Shown here: positions 50,452-60,854 of the stretch, in pieces | How the letters are laid out: each line of letters starts with the position of its first letter | How positions within the stretch are numbered: the stretch's first letter is position 1 | NCBI GenBank assembly: GCA_030141605.1 | Contig: JAQGDQ010002411.1 | Location: forward strand, 1 to 64,000 | Source: Tubiluchus corallicola | Taxonomy: Eukaryota > Animalia > Priapulida | DNA length: 64,000 nt | Direction: 5' to 3' | Notes under the pieces: model-generated | Told to the model about the DNA's origin: nothing | Seen by the model: the letters and a program-made list of their open reading frames with translations, nothing else | The model's database searches: none | Made by a program: the position numbers and the translations under genes

Positions 50452-51882
50452 ATGATAGATAATCACATTCGAGCCTGGAGTAAATGTTTAGAAATTCTTA
50501 AAGACAATATGTCTATTGCAAGTTTTAAAACTTGGTTTAAGCCAGTTATTCCATTAAAACTTGATAAAAAGACTTTGACGATACAAGTGCCAACTTATTT
50601 CTTTTATGAATATTTAGAGGAACATTATGTTGGTATTTTGAAGAAAGTACTAAAAAAAGTATTAGGAGAAGATGCTAAATTGGAATATAATATTGTAATT
50701 GAGAATCAGAATAGTTTGCAAGAAAACAATTCTTTTACAACAGCAAATATATCCAATAAGAAAGCCCCTATTTCAGATGGCAAGTCTGTTTTTATTCCTT
50801 CAAGCAATAATGCTTTCGCAGGAAATACAAGTGACACATTGGATGAAAAAGAGCAAATTGATTCTCAGTTAAATTCAAGCTATACTTTTGATAATTTTGT
50901 AGAGGGAGAATGCAATCGTTTGGCTCGTTCTGCAGGACTTGCTGTTGCTAAGGACATAGGGAGGACAGCCTTTAATCCTTTATTTGTTTATGGAGATTCT
51001 GGCTTGGGGAAAACTCATTTGGTGCAGGCTATAGGTATAAATATAAAAAACAGTAATCCTAATAAAGTGGTATTATATACTAATGCCAATATTTTTCAAA
51101 CTCAATTTACAGAGTCTATAAGGAAGAATACAAGAAATGATTTTATTAATTTTTATCAAAAGGTAGATACTCTAATTATTGACGATATTCACGAATTTGC
51201 GGGGAAGGAAAAAACTCAAAATACATTTTTTCATATCTTTAATCAGCTGCACCAATTAGGAAAACAGCTGATATTAACATCAGATAGAGCACCTGTTCAT
51301 TTAGAGGGTCTTGAGGCACGTTTGTTGTCTCGTTTTAAGTGGGGGCTTTCTGTAGATTTGCAGATGCCTGATAAAGAGACAAGGGTGAAAATTTTACATC
51401 ATAGGGCTTATAAAGACGGTGTACAGGTTCCAGAAGAAGTAGTGGATTATGTGGCAGAGAATGTTAAGGAGAATGTTAGAGTGTTGGAAGGTGTTTTCAT
51501 TGCTTTGTTGGCACATTCTACTTTGATGAAAGAAGAAGTTACTGTAGAACTTGCTGAGAAAATAATTAAGAAGTTAGTAACCCATAAGGAGAGAGAAATT
51601 ACAATTGATCATATACAGAATGTGGTTTGTAGCTATTTTGATGTGGACAAGGATGCTTTACAATCTAGGTCACGTAAGCGAGAAATTGCACAAAGTCGCC
51701 AGATAAGTATGTATTTTAGTAAGAAATATACTGGAAGTTCGCTGGCTGCTATTGGTGCTAAGATAGGTCGTAGAGACCACGCTACTGTGCTACACGCTTA
51801 TAAAACAGTTTCTAATCTTTTGGAGACGGATAAAAAATATAGATATTGTATAGAGGAGATAGATAAAATGCTGAAATCCTAA
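50452..51882 (+). CDS. dnaA: Chromosomal replication initiator
   Basis: YTFDNFVEG, NPLFVYGDSGLGKTHL, IDDIH, RLLSRFKWGL, GRRDHATVLHA. Confidence 0.98.
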   Translation: MIDNHIRAWSKCLEILKDNMSIASFKTWFKPVIPLKLDKKTLTIQVPTYFFYEYLEEHYVGILKKVLKKVLGEDAKLEYNIVIENQNSLQENNSFTTANISNKKAPISDGKSVFIPSSNNAFAGNTSDTLDEKEQIDSQLNSSYTFDNFVEGECNRLARSAGLAVAKDIGRTAFNPLFVYGDSGLGKTHLVQAIGINIKNSNPNKVVLYTNANIFQTQFTESIRKNTRNDFINFYQKVDTLIIDDIHEFAGKEKTQNTFFHIFNQLHQLGKQLILTSDRAPVHLEGLEARLLSRFKWGLSVDLQMPDKETRVKILHHRAYKDGVQVPEEVVDYVAENVKENVRVLEGVFIALLAHSTLMKEEVTVELAEKIIKKLVTHKEREITIDHIQNVVCSYFDVDKDALQSRSRKREIAQSRQISMYFSKKYTGSSLAAIGAKIGRRDHATVLHAYKTVSNLLETDKKYRYCIEEIDKMLKS

Positions 51883-52418
51883 GAAGGTTTTATGAAAATA
51901 GTGAAATTTACTTTGCTATATTTTCGTTGTTGGTGATAGTAGGGATGATTGATGAAGTTAAATGTATCAGGATGTTCCACGATAAGCCAACCTCCAAGAT
52001 TAAGCAGGTGGTAGTTGAATATGAGTTCAGGAAGCAATTGAGTTTTCTTTAAAGTATAGGGCGGGTCGGCAAAGATGAGGTCATAGCATTGTGTGGTTTT
52101 TGGCAGGTAGCGGAAGACATCTGTTTTTATGACCTTAATAGTTAAAAACTGTAGTTTTTCTGAAATGTTTTTAATGTGTTGGATATGCCTATAGTTACTG
52201 TCTATAGCGGTAATACTTTTTGCTTTTCGTGATGCAAACTCATAGCTGATAGAACCTGTGCCTGCAAATAGGTCTAAGACACTGAGTTGTGCAATATCAA
52301 AATGATTTTCAATGATATTGAAAATACCTTCTTTGGCAGTATCTGTGGTGGGGCGCAGTTGAGTACTTTTTGGTGAGGGTATTACTCTGCCTTTGTGTGT
52401 TCCGCTGATTATTCGCAA
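51879..52418 (-). CDS. rsmD: 16S rRNA m2G966 methyltransferase
   Basis: TTG start, RIISG..LRPTTD..VLDLFAGTGSIS..DPPY. Confidence 0.92.
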   Translation of the reverse strand: MRIISGTHKGRVIPSPKSTQLRPTTDTAKEGIFNIIENHFDIAQLSVLDLFAGTGSISYEFASRKAKSITAIDSNYRHIQHIKNISEKLQFLTIKVIKTDVFRYLPKTTQCYDLIFADPPYTLKKTQLLPELIFNYHLLNLGGWLIVEHPDTFNFINHPYYHQQRKYSKVNFTIFIKPS

Positions 52419-53236
52419 TTGTATAAATTTAAGAGGTTGAAAAATTTGTGGATGGGTATTTGTTCTAAAAGCGAAGAGTGGTTGATACCCCAAATGTTTT
52501 TTTCTATTGTTATGTTTTTAAGGTATTGTTGGAGTAGTTGTATGGTATTATCGTTCTCATCAATGTATCCTGTGAGAGTTACTTGTAGTGTTTGGGTGTT
52601 TGTTTTCAATTGTTTGAGGGTGTTTAGAGTATGGTATAGTACATCTTTTTCGTTGGCATAGGAGTAGGTATTGTATAAGATAAATTTTTCGTTATTGATA
52701 TTGAGTAGGTCAAAGGTGTCTTCCCCGAGGTTGATGTATAGGATGTTTTGTGGGTTGATTTGATTAAGGAGCATAAAATACTGGATGTACGTGGTAGATG
52801 GGTGGAAGATTTTTGCATTGGGGAATTTCTTATTAAGAAGTTGTTTTTGGGCTGTGGGTATAGAAAATAGGGTGTAGGCGTCTATAATGCTAAGGGGATT
52901 GTGAAGTGTGCTATGAGCGTTTTGTGGATTTACATTGTAATAATATAAGGTGTCTATTTTTTGAAGATCGAAATATTCAGAGGGAACTAGGGTTGAATGT
53001 TGGCAGTTCCAAAGAATTTTAGTGTTTCTATACTTTGGGTAAAGGGTATCTTCTTTTTCTATGGTGTCTTTTAGTTGGTTTTGTGGGGCAGAAAAGTGTT
53101 TTAATAGAATGTACTTGTTTTCTAAGGTGTCTAATATGCAATAAGAAAATTTGTTTATACTTATTTGTATAGACAGGTGGTATTGTTGATTCTTATTGAT
53201 GTCGAAAGTATCATCTATGAATGCAATATCTTGCAT
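52409..53236 (-). CDS. DUF3822 family protein
   Basis: YHLSIQ..FSYC, TLVP, YNTY..DVLY; conserved position upstream of rsmD in Bacteroidota. Confidence 0.8.
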   Translation of the reverse strand: MQDIAFIDDTFDINKNQQYHLSIQISINKFSYCILDTLENKYILLKHFSAPQNQLKDTIEKEDTLYPKYRNTKILWNCQHSTLVPSEYFDLQKIDTLYYYNVNPQNAHSTLHNPLSIIDAYTLFSIPTAQKQLLNKKFPNAKIFHPSTTYIQYFMLLNQINPQNILYINLGEDTFDLLNINNEKFILYNTYSYANEKDVLYHTLNTLKQLKTNTQTLQVTLTGYIDENDNTIQLLQQYLKNITIEKNIWGINHSSLLEQIPIHKFFNLLNLYNCE

Positions 53237-53252
53237 TGTTGGGTTTTAATTA

Positions 53253-53894
53253 TTACCAATTGGCAGAGCTATTATTAGCTTCTGTAAGTGAGCCTATCTT
53301 TAATCCGGGATATTGATTATTTATTTCTTCTTCTACATTTAGGTTGGTTATTAGGCTGGGGTCTTCAAAGCCATTTAGTATGGAGCTATTATGTGCTTTT
53401 ACTTCAAATACTGGCACTTTTACTTTTGCACTTGTTTCTATAATGGTGGCTCCCATTTCGAATCTTTCTTTTTTATTAGTGAATGGTATGTATGGAAGGT
53501 CATCTATATTGTAGTCTTTGTCGAAAATTGTTTCTAAAACGTTAGATTTTGATTCTTCTCGTACGATGATACCTTCTTTTATTGCTCTTGCTTCTGTCCA
53601 CCCTGCTTCCAAGAGACTATCAGAGAGCTCGCCTATTTTTTTCATAAAAGGTATAGAGTCATATTTTACAAAGTCTACTAAAACATCTAAATTTTCTGCA
53701 AACTTATTATGAACTTTCTTATAAGCCATTTGGGCTTCTCTAATATCTTCTAATTTCTGTTTTACAATCGTGTATCGTTCTTTTTTAAATTCTTTAAATT
53801 CAATAGGTTTTTGGATGCTTCTAACAGATAGATAGCCTAAGGCTACTATTATTATTAAAAGAACAAGTTCTATTATAATCCTTTTGTTTTTCAT
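53253..53894 (-). CDS. Conserved Bacteroidota membrane-anchored protein
   Basis: N-terminal TM, SI..PI.F..R..V..L.DIR.AQ.AY, GLKIGSL..ANW. Confidence 0.75.
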   Translation of the reverse strand: MKNKRIIIELVLLIIIVALGYLSVRSIQKPIEFKEFKKERYTIVKQKLEDIREAQMAYKKVHNKFAENLDVLVDFVKYDSIPFMKKIGELSDSLLEAGWTEARAIKEGIIVREESKSNVLETIFDKDYNIDDLPYIPFTNKKERFEMGATIIETSAKVKVPVFEVKAHNSSILNGFEDPSLITNLNVEEEINNQYPGLKIGSLTEANNSSANW

Positions 53895-53962
53895 TGTTGT
53901 TATTTTTGTAATTTTACAACTTACTTTTTTCTTATGTACAAATGTAGAAAAAAATTATTAAT

Positions 53963-55399
53963 TTGAAAATGTTAGAGGACTATTTTTCTGTTTTATTGAA
54001 AAAAATATTTGGTAAAAAACTTACTTCTGAACAAGATGTTCTTGTTAAAGAATTATCAGAGTTTGTAATAGATGGTAAAGAAGAGCAAATTTTTTTAATT
54101 AAAGGATATGCTGGTACAGGTAAGACCTCGTTGATAAGTGCTTTTGTAAATGCTTTGAAAGAGTCTAAAATTAAAAGTGTATTATTAGCACCTACGGGGA
54201 GGGCTGCTAAGGTGTTTTCATCTTACTCGGGACAAGTGAGTTATACTATTCACAAGAAAATATATAGGCAAAAGGCTACTACGGATGGATTTTCTGGTTT
54301 TGTCTTAGATGTCAATTTAAGTAAGGATACCTTTTTCATTGTGGATGAGGCTTCTATGATTGCTAATCAATCTTATGAGGGAGCATTTTTTGGATCAGGT
54401 AAATTGTTAGATGATTTAGTAAACTATGTGTATGGTGGCGTTGGATGTAAGTTAGTGCTGGTGGGTGATACAGCCCAACTTCCTCCAATAGGTTTGGAGA
54501 ATAGCCCAGCACTAGATGCAAGTACATTAGAGTCTTATTGGAAAAATGTGAGAAGTGTTAATTTGAGGGAGGTAGTGAGGCAGAAAGCGAAGTCAGGTAT
54601 ATTGTATAATGCTACAAAATTGAGACAACAGTTGCAGAAAACGAATAGCAGTACTTGTGAGTTGAGTTTGGTTGCTAAGGATTTTGACGATTTTTGTAGT
54701 GTGGCTGGGAGCGACTTGTTAGAACTTCTGAATAATTCGTATGACACAATAGGAATGGGGGAAACGATGGTTGTATGTCGTTCAAATAAAATGTGTAATA
54801 GATACAATCAAGGGATAAGAAGTCAAATTTTATATAAGGAAGAAGAAATAGCAGTAGGCGATTATTTGATGGTAGTAAAGAATAATTATTTTTGGGTAAA
54901 GGATAAAAAAATAAAGGATATGGAGTTTATTGCTAATGGCGATATTGTGGAGATTATGAAGATAAAAGGTTATAAAGATTTATATGGCTTTCGGTTTGCA
55001 GATGTGTGTGTGAGGTTTGTAGATTATGAAAATATAGAGATGGATGTAAAGATTTTGCTAGATGTTTTGAATGTTGAAAGTGCAGCGCTTGGCAAAGAAG
55101 ATGCTAACAAGTTTTTTATGAATGTTTCGGAGGATTATATGGATATTCGTTCTAAAAAGAAACGTTGGGACAAGATAAGAAGTAATGAATATTTTAATGC
55201 TTTGCAGGTGAAATTTGCTTATGCGGTTACTTGTCATAAATCGCAAGGTGGGCAATGGAAAAATGTGTTTATAGATCAAGGGTATTTGACTAAAGAACTT
55301 ATAAATGCAGAGTATCTTCGGTGGCTTTATACTGCTATTACAAGAGCTATAGAGAAAGTATATTTGGTGAATTTTAGAAAGGAGTTTTTAACAAGTTGA
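53963..55399 (+). CDS. RecD-like SF1 ATP-dependent helicase
   Basis: GYAGTGKT, APTGRAA, VDEASMI, GDTAQLPP, YAVTCHKSQGGQW, LYTAITRA. Confidence 0.92.
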   Translation: MKMLEDYFSVLLKKIFGKKLTSEQDVLVKELSEFVIDGKEEQIFLIKGYAGTGKTSLISAFVNALKESKIKSVLLAPTGRAAKVFSSYSGQVSYTIHKKIYRQKATTDGFSGFVLDVNLSKDTFFIVDEASMIANQSYEGAFFGSGKLLDDLVNYVYGGVGCKLVLVGDTAQLPPIGLENSPALDASTLESYWKNVRSVNLREVVRQKAKSGILYNATKLRQQLQKTNSSTCELSLVAKDFDDFCSVAGSDLLELLNNSYDTIGMGETMVVCRSNKMCNRYNQGIRSQILYKEEEIAVGDYLMVVKNNYFWVKDKKIKDMEFIANGDIVEIMKIKGYKDLYGFRFADVCVRFVDYENIEMDVKILLDVLNVESAALGKEDANKFFMNVSEDYMDIRSKKKRWDKIRSNEYFNALQVKFAYAVTCHKSQGGQWKNVFIDQGYLTKELINAEYLRWLYTAITRAIEKVYLVNFRKEFLTS

Positions 55400-55537
55400 A
55401 TTAAGATTTATAGATATTAAAAAAATTATCATCTTTTATTAATAACAACTTTCAGTTTTTGATTATTTTTTTAATGTTTTTTTTTACTTTTGCGTAAATA
55501 TATATTAAGTGTATTTGATTTTATTATTAAGGAAGAT

Positions 55538-56863
55538 ATGAATGTTGTTACCCGGTCGTTTAGGAAGTTTATAGAATTAGAGTCGTCAAGCAGTATTATT
55601 CTTTTGATACTTACGTTTATTGCTTTGGTTTGGGCAAATTCTTTGTTAGGAGAGTATTATAACCAATTGTGGAACATAGAGGTAGGTATTTCCATTGCCG
55701 AAGAGCATTTGCATTTGCCGAAGAATTTGTTTGAGTGGATAAATGATGGTTTGATGGCTATTTTCTTTTTTGTGGTGGGGTTGGAGATAAAACGAGAGAT
55801 ATTAGCAGGCGAACTTTCATCGGTGAAGAAGGCGAGTTTGCCTGTTTTTGCTGCTATTGGAGGTATGGTGGTGCCTGTGGCTGTTTTCTTTTCTTTGTTG
55901 GGTTCTTTTGATATTGATGCTGCGGAGACTAAGGAGTGGAGTAGGGGCTGGGCTGTGCCTATGGCTACGGATATTGCTTTTTCTTTGGGTATTTTGAAGT
56001 TGCTGGGCAATAGAGTGCCTATTGGCTTGAAGGTGTTGCTTACAGCTTTTGCTATTGTGGATGATATTGGTGCAATACTTGTAATTGCTTTGGCGTATAG
56101 TAGTGGGCTTGAATTGACTCTGTGGGGTATTGCTTTTATCATTTTAGGGTTTTTGTTTGTGTTAAGCCATCGTGGTGTTTATTCTACTGCTTTCTTTGTA
56201 ATGATGGGGGGAGTAGTGTGGTATTTGTTTCATCAGGCGGGTATTCACGCTACCATTGCGGGCTTTTTGATGGCTCTTACTGTTCCGATGAAACGTAAGA
56301 AGGGTGTGAGAGAATATTATAATGAGGTGGGTAATGTGTTGTCTCGGTTTGTTGGCTATGAGGAAGAGGCAGACAAGCGATTGTTGGCGAATGAACAAGT
56401 TCATTTTACGGATGAAATAAGTGTTTTGACAAGAAGAGTGAAGTCTCCTTTGCAGGATTTGGAGCATAAGTTTCACAATTGGGTAGCATTTTTCATAATG
56501 CCTATTTTTGCTTTTGCTAATGCGGGTGTGGTGCTTGGTGGTGATATGGGTAATACTTCGTTGCTTTCTTTCAACATTGCGTTTAGTTTGGTGTTGGGTA
56601 AATGTGTGGGTATTAGCTTCTTTTGTTATCTGGCAATAAAAACTAAAATGGCAGAGATGCCAAATAGGGCTACCTTTACGCATTTGATAGGTGTAGCCTT
56701 GTTGGGCGGGTTTGGTTTTACGATGTCGTTGTTTGTAGCCAATTTGGCTTATGATGATGCTTTGTTGTTGAATTCTTCTAAATTGGGTATTCTTGCAGGG
56801 TCTTTTATAGCGGGTATTCTTGGTTATCTGATTTTGAGGGTGTCGTTGAGAGCTAAAAACTAA
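55538..56863 (+). CDS. nhaA: Na+/H+ antiporter
   Basis: WINDGLMAIFF, GWAVPMATDIAF, AIVDDIGA, GFTMSLF; start set at ATG 55538. Confidence 0.96.
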   Translation: MNVVTRSFRKFIELESSSSIILLILTFIALVWANSLLGEYYNQLWNIEVGISIAEEHLHLPKNLFEWINDGLMAIFFFVVGLEIKREILAGELSSVKKASLPVFAAIGGMVVPVAVFFSLLGSFDIDAAETKEWSRGWAVPMATDIAFSLGILKLLGNRVPIGLKVLLTAFAIVDDIGAILVIALAYSSGLELTLWGIAFIILGFLFVLSHRGVYSTAFFVMMGGVVWYLFHQAGIHATIAGFLMALTVPMKRKKGVREYYNEVGNVLSRFVGYEEEADKRLLANEQVHFTDEISVLTRRVKSPLQDLEHKFHNWVAFFIMPIFAFANAGVVLGGDMGNTSLLSFNIAFSLVLGKCVGISFFCYLAIKTKMAEMPNRATFTHLIGVALLGGFGFTMSLFVANLAYDDALLLNSSKLGILAGSFIAGILGYLILRVSLRAKN

Positions 56864-57070
56864 GCCGTATAGGAAACGAAAGTTTGTGTCTTCCACAATA
56901 TTTGTACTGTGTTGTAGGGTCAGTTTGTAAGCTGATTCTGTGTTCTATCAGTTCTCTTTGCTTAAAAACTTATTGCATTTAAATGGGGTAGGGTTTTTAA
57001 TATTGAAAGAGGATATGAATGGGCTAAGTTTTTCAAAATTATATATTATAGTATATCTTTGTTTTTCAAT

Positions 57071-58327
57071 ATGAAAAAGATAAAGGTTTTTGTTTTCTTT
57101 TTGTTGGTTTGTAGGTTGTCTTGGGGGTTGAGTATTCTTGTGCCGATGGACAAGGGGCAGAAAAATCACTTGAAGGCTTATGGTGTGGCTTACGGTGTGT
57201 TGGAGGGGGGAAGTGCTGTGCAGTGGTTGCTCAATTATCAAGGGGGTGCCTTTTTGTTGCCATATGATAGGGGTTTTGAGGAGGAATGTGTGTTGAAGAA
57301 TGTGAGTTATAGGGTAGTGTCGGATGCGGAGGTTTCTTCTATTATTTCGGGTATTGCAAGCCCAGAGGTCAATCAGGATGCTATGAGGCTGGAGAAAGCC
57401 CCAAAGATAGCAGTGTATTCGCCTAAGAATAAGTTGCCGTGGGATGATGCGGTTACGTTGGCTCTTAGTTATGCGGAGATTCCTTATGATGTGATATATG
57501 ATGAGGAGATATTGAGTGGTGTGTTGGGGGGGTATGATTGGTTGCACTTGCATCACGAAGATTTTACAGGTCAATATGGTAGGTTTTATGGGGCTTATCA
57601 ACATATGCCTTGGTATCAGGAGGAGGTAAAGTTGAAGGAGCAGATGGCAGAAAAATTAGGTTTTAAAAAGGTTTCGCAATTGAAGTTGGCAGTGGTGAAA
57701 ACGATAAAGGCTTATGTGGAGAGTGGGGGATTTTTGTTTGCAATGTGTTCTGCAACTGATACTTACGATATTGCTTTGGCTGCAGAGGGTGTGGATATTT
57801 GCGAGTTTATGTTTGATGGCGATCCTGCTGACCCTGATATGCAGGAGAATTTGGATTTTAGTAGGACTTTTGCTTTTCGAGATTTTACACTGAAAAAAAA
57901 CCCGCTGGAGTATGAGTATTCAGATATTGATGCGACTAATACACGTAAGGTTTTGAAAGAAGAGGATTATTTTACGCTTTTTGAGTTTTCTGCTAAGTGG
58001 GATCCTGTGCCTACTATGTTGTGTCAAAATCATACGAATGTAGTAAAGGGCTTTATGGGGCAGACAACATCGTTTAGGCGTGAGGTGGTGAAACCTTCGG
58101 TGTTGATAATGGGGGAGAACAAAAGTGCTAATGAGGTGAGGTATATTCATGGGACATTTGGAAGGGGTACTTGGACTTTTTATGGGGGACATGATCCGGA
58201 AGATTATCAACACTTTGTGGGTGATCCTCCAACGGATTTGAATTTGCATCCTAATTCTGCCGGTTATCGTCTTATTTTGAATAATATTTTATTTCCTGCT
58301 GCAAAGAAGAAAAAACAAAAAACATAG
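57071..58327 (+). CDS. Conserved secreted Bacteroidota protein (often mislabelled 'asparagine synthetase B')
   Basis: Signal peptide; QKNHLKAYG, WLHLHHEDFTGQYG, FAMCSATD, GGHDPEDYQH. Confidence 0.8.
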   Translation: MKKIKVFVFFLLVCRLSWGLSILVPMDKGQKNHLKAYGVAYGVLEGGSAVQWLLNYQGGAFLLPYDRGFEEECVLKNVSYRVVSDAEVSSIISGIASPEVNQDAMRLEKAPKIAVYSPKNKLPWDDAVTLALSYAEIPYDVIYDEEILSGVLGGYDWLHLHHEDFTGQYGRFYGAYQHMPWYQEEVKLKEQMAEKLGFKKVSQLKLAVVKTIKAYVESGGFLFAMCSATDTYDIALAAEGVDICEFMFDGDPADPDMQENLDFSRTFAFRDFTLKKNPLEYEYSDIDATNTRKVLKEEDYFTLFEFSAKWDPVPTMLCQNHTNVVKGFMGQTTSFRREVVKPSVLIMGENKSANEVRYIHGTFGRGTWTFYGGHDPEDYQHFVGDPPTDLNLHPNSAGYRLILNNILFPAAKKKKQKT

Positions 58328-58347
58328 TGGGTGCATCTTTTATGGTT

Positions 58348-59718
58348 TTATTTTTTATCTTTTTTGATAAGTCTGTATATGGTGGCTCTACCTATATTTA
58401 GTGTTTTTGCTACTTTGTTTATGTCTTTGTTGTATTTTTGTAAAAAGTGGTGTATGATTTGTATTTTATATTCTTTCATGGTCGTTTCCTTTTCTGTATA
58501 AAGGCTGCTTATATTTTCTGTATGGCTTAATTGTATGTCATTAGATTGTATGGTACCTCGTTCTGCTAATACGGCAGCGAGGTCCATAACAGCTTTTATT
58601 TCTCTTACATTTCCGGGGAAGGGGTATTCTTTTAGTTTTTTCTGTGCTTGTGGCGATATTTTGATTTTGGGCATATTGTTCTCTTTACAAAATTCTTCTA
58701 CAAAATATTTAGAGAGGCGGGCAATATCTCCTTTTCGTTCTCTTAGTGGTGGCATTTTAATGGGTAGTCCAAGTAGGCGGTAGTAAAGGTCTTCTCGAAA
58801 ATTACCTTTATTTACTTCTTCTAATAGGTCTCTGTGTGTAGCTACGAGTAGCCTAATATCTATTTTTATGGGTGTGTTGTTTCCTACTCTAGTAATTTCT
58901 CGCTCTTGTAATACGCGCAGGAGTTTTGCTTGCATTGGCAGTGTCATTTCTCCTATTTCGTCCAGAAATACGGTACCTCCATTAGCTTTTTCAAATTGTC
59001 CTATTCGTCTTTCGTTGGCTCCTGTAAATGAGCCTTTTTCGTGTCCAAACAATTCGCTTTCTATAAGTTCACTTGGTATGGCTGTTACGTTAATGGCTAC
59101 GAAGGGTTTGTTTTTTCGTAAGGAGTTTTGATGTATGGCTCTGGCTACTAGTTCCTTTCCTGTTCCTGTTTCGCCTACAATAGATACTGTGATGTTATTT
59201 TTCACTGCTTTGCCCATCAAGTGAAATATGTTTTTGATGGCTTGACTTTGTCCTTTTATCTCTTTTTGAAAATTATGGATAATGTCTTCTTCTTTTTTGT
59301 ATGAGGGTGTTGAATTGTTATTGGTATGAGGTGTTGATGGTCTAACTATTTCTTCTGGTTCTAAATTTTGTAGGGTGTTCCAGAGGTTAGTTCTTAAATT
59401 TTCATTTCGCTCTATGGAGGTGTATGCTCCTTGTTGTATGAGCTGGGTTTGGGTAGTTTTTTCGTCAGGTTCTATAATTACAATAATATATGTGTTGGGG
59501 CATATTTTTTTTATTCTATTGAGCAATATTTCTCCATTGAGGTCTGGTAGTTTGTAGCTTGTGATGACAATGGATGGCTTTTTGTTTAGGTTTTGTATAA
59601 TTTCTTTAGCATTGACAAATGTACTTGTATTGTAGATTGGATTCAGAGAAAGGTGATATTCTATAATTTTCCCTAACATTCTGTCTTCATCAGCAATAAA
59701 TATTTTGGTTTTTTTCAT
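58348..59718 (-). CDS. Sigma-54-dependent (NtrC-like) activator with an atypical receiver domain
   Basis: GETGTGKE, ESELFGHEKGSFTGA, FLDEIGEM, FREDLYYRL, PGNVRE, C-terminal HTH. Confidence 0.92.
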   Translation of the reverse strand: MKKTKIFIADEDRMLGKIIEYHLSLNPIYNTSTFVNAKEIIQNLNKKPSIVITSYKLPDLNGEILLNRIKKICPNTYIIVIIEPDEKTTQTQLIQQGAYTSIERNENLRTNLWNTLQNLEPEEIVRPSTPHTNNNSTPSYKKEEDIIHNFQKEIKGQSQAIKNIFHLMGKAVKNNITVSIVGETGTGKELVARAIHQNSLRKNKPFVAINVTAIPSELIESELFGHEKGSFTGANERRIGQFEKANGGTVFLDEIGEMTLPMQAKLLRVLQEREITRVGNNTPIKIDIRLLVATHRDLLEEVNKGNFREDLYYRLLGLPIKMPPLRERKGDIARLSKYFVEEFCKENNMPKIKISPQAQKKLKEYPFPGNVREIKAVMDLAAVLAERGTIQSNDIQLSHTENISSLYTEKETTMKEYKIQIIHHFLQKYNKDINKVAKTLNIGRATIYRLIKKDKK

Positions 59719-59744
59719 TTGAAGTTGTATAGGAATTTTGTATG

Positions 59745-60848
59745 TTATTTGCTTTTTGTTATTTCTACTTTTTTGGTTGGAGGTATTTCTTTGTTTCTGT
59801 TTTCTATGGAGGCTAAGGTGTTGGTTACTATTTGGTCAAGTGCTATTTGAGATTGTCCTATATCTTTTAAAGCGATAGGTTTTCCGTTATCACTTCCTTC
59901 TCGTATGCTTTGTACTATGGGTATTTGTCCGAGTAGGTTTATGTTTTTTTCTTCTGCTAATTTTTTACCTCCGTTTTTCCCAAAAATATAATATTTATTG
60001 TTGGGTAGCTCTTCGGGTGTGAAATATGCCATATTTTCTATTATCCCAATTATAGGGACTTTAATATTTTTATTTTGAAACATATTGATACCTTTTGTTG
60101 CATCTGCAACGGCTACACTTTGGGGTGTGCTAACGATGATGGCTCCTGTAAGAGGTAGCATTTGGACGAGTGTAAGGTGTATATCACTTGTTCCCGGAGG
60201 TAAGTCAAAGAATAAATAATCTAATTCACCCCAATGGGTGTCTTGGATCATTTGCTGTAAGGCTCTTGTTGCCATTGCTCCTCGCCATATAGTAGCGTCT
60301 TGAGGTTTTACAAAGTAGCCAATGGAGAGTATTTTTACTCCGTATTTCTCTATGGGTATAAGGGTGTTTTTGCCTTTAATTTTTTGAATTGTAGGGGTGT
60401 CATTCTCTGTGTTAAACATTTTTGGGATAGAGGGACCATATATGTCTGCATCGAGTATTCCTATTTTATAGCCTTTTTTTGCCAATGCTACTGCAAGGTT
60501 AGTAGATATGGTTGATTTTCCCACTCCTCCTTTACCAGAGGCTATGGCTATGGTATTTTTTACCTGAGGTAATAATGTAGTAATATTGTTGGCTGTTGAC
60601 ACATTGTCTTTTGTGTTGATATTGATGTTTATGTCATCTTTTATTTTTTGTTGTAATATTTGTTGACAAGTTGTTTTTATAGTTTCTTTGAAGAGGTCAT
60701 TGGGTTTTGAAAAAACGAGGTCAAATTCTATGGTATTGTTTTCTACTTTTACATTTTGAACTATATTAAGTTCTACAATGTTTTTTTCTTGTCCCGGGTA
60801 TTTTATTTCTTGTAATATGTCTATAATTTGTTGTTTCATAGTTTTCAT
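59745..60848 (-). CDS. mrp: Mrp/NBP35 Fe-S cluster carrier ATPase
   Basis: SGKGGVGKST, DADIYGPSIP, DLPPGTSD, IENMAYF. Confidence 0.95.
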   Translation of the reverse strand: MKTMKQQIIDILQEIKYPGQEKNIVELNIVQNVKVENNTIEFDLVFSKPNDLFKETIKTTCQQILQQKIKDDINININTKDNVSTANNITTLLPQVKNTIAIASGKGGVGKSTISTNLAVALAKKGYKIGILDADIYGPSIPKMFNTENDTPTIQKIKGKNTLIPIEKYGVKILSIGYFVKPQDATIWRGAMATRALQQMIQDTHWGELDYLFFDLPPGTSDIHLTLVQMLPLTGAIIVSTPQSVAVADATKGINMFQNKNIKVPIIGIIENMAYFTPEELPNNKYYIFGKNGGKKLAEEKNINLLGQIPIVQSIREGSDNGKPIALKDIGQSQIALDQIVTNTLASIENRNKEIPPTKKVEITKSK

Positions 60849-60854
60849 TGTTAT

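Noticed and set aside
56162-57604. Long antisense ORFs (244 aa and 218 aa) and similar shadow ORFs across the window
   Set aside because: They lie opposite nhaA and other clear genes, have no motifs, and are explained by the skewed codon usage
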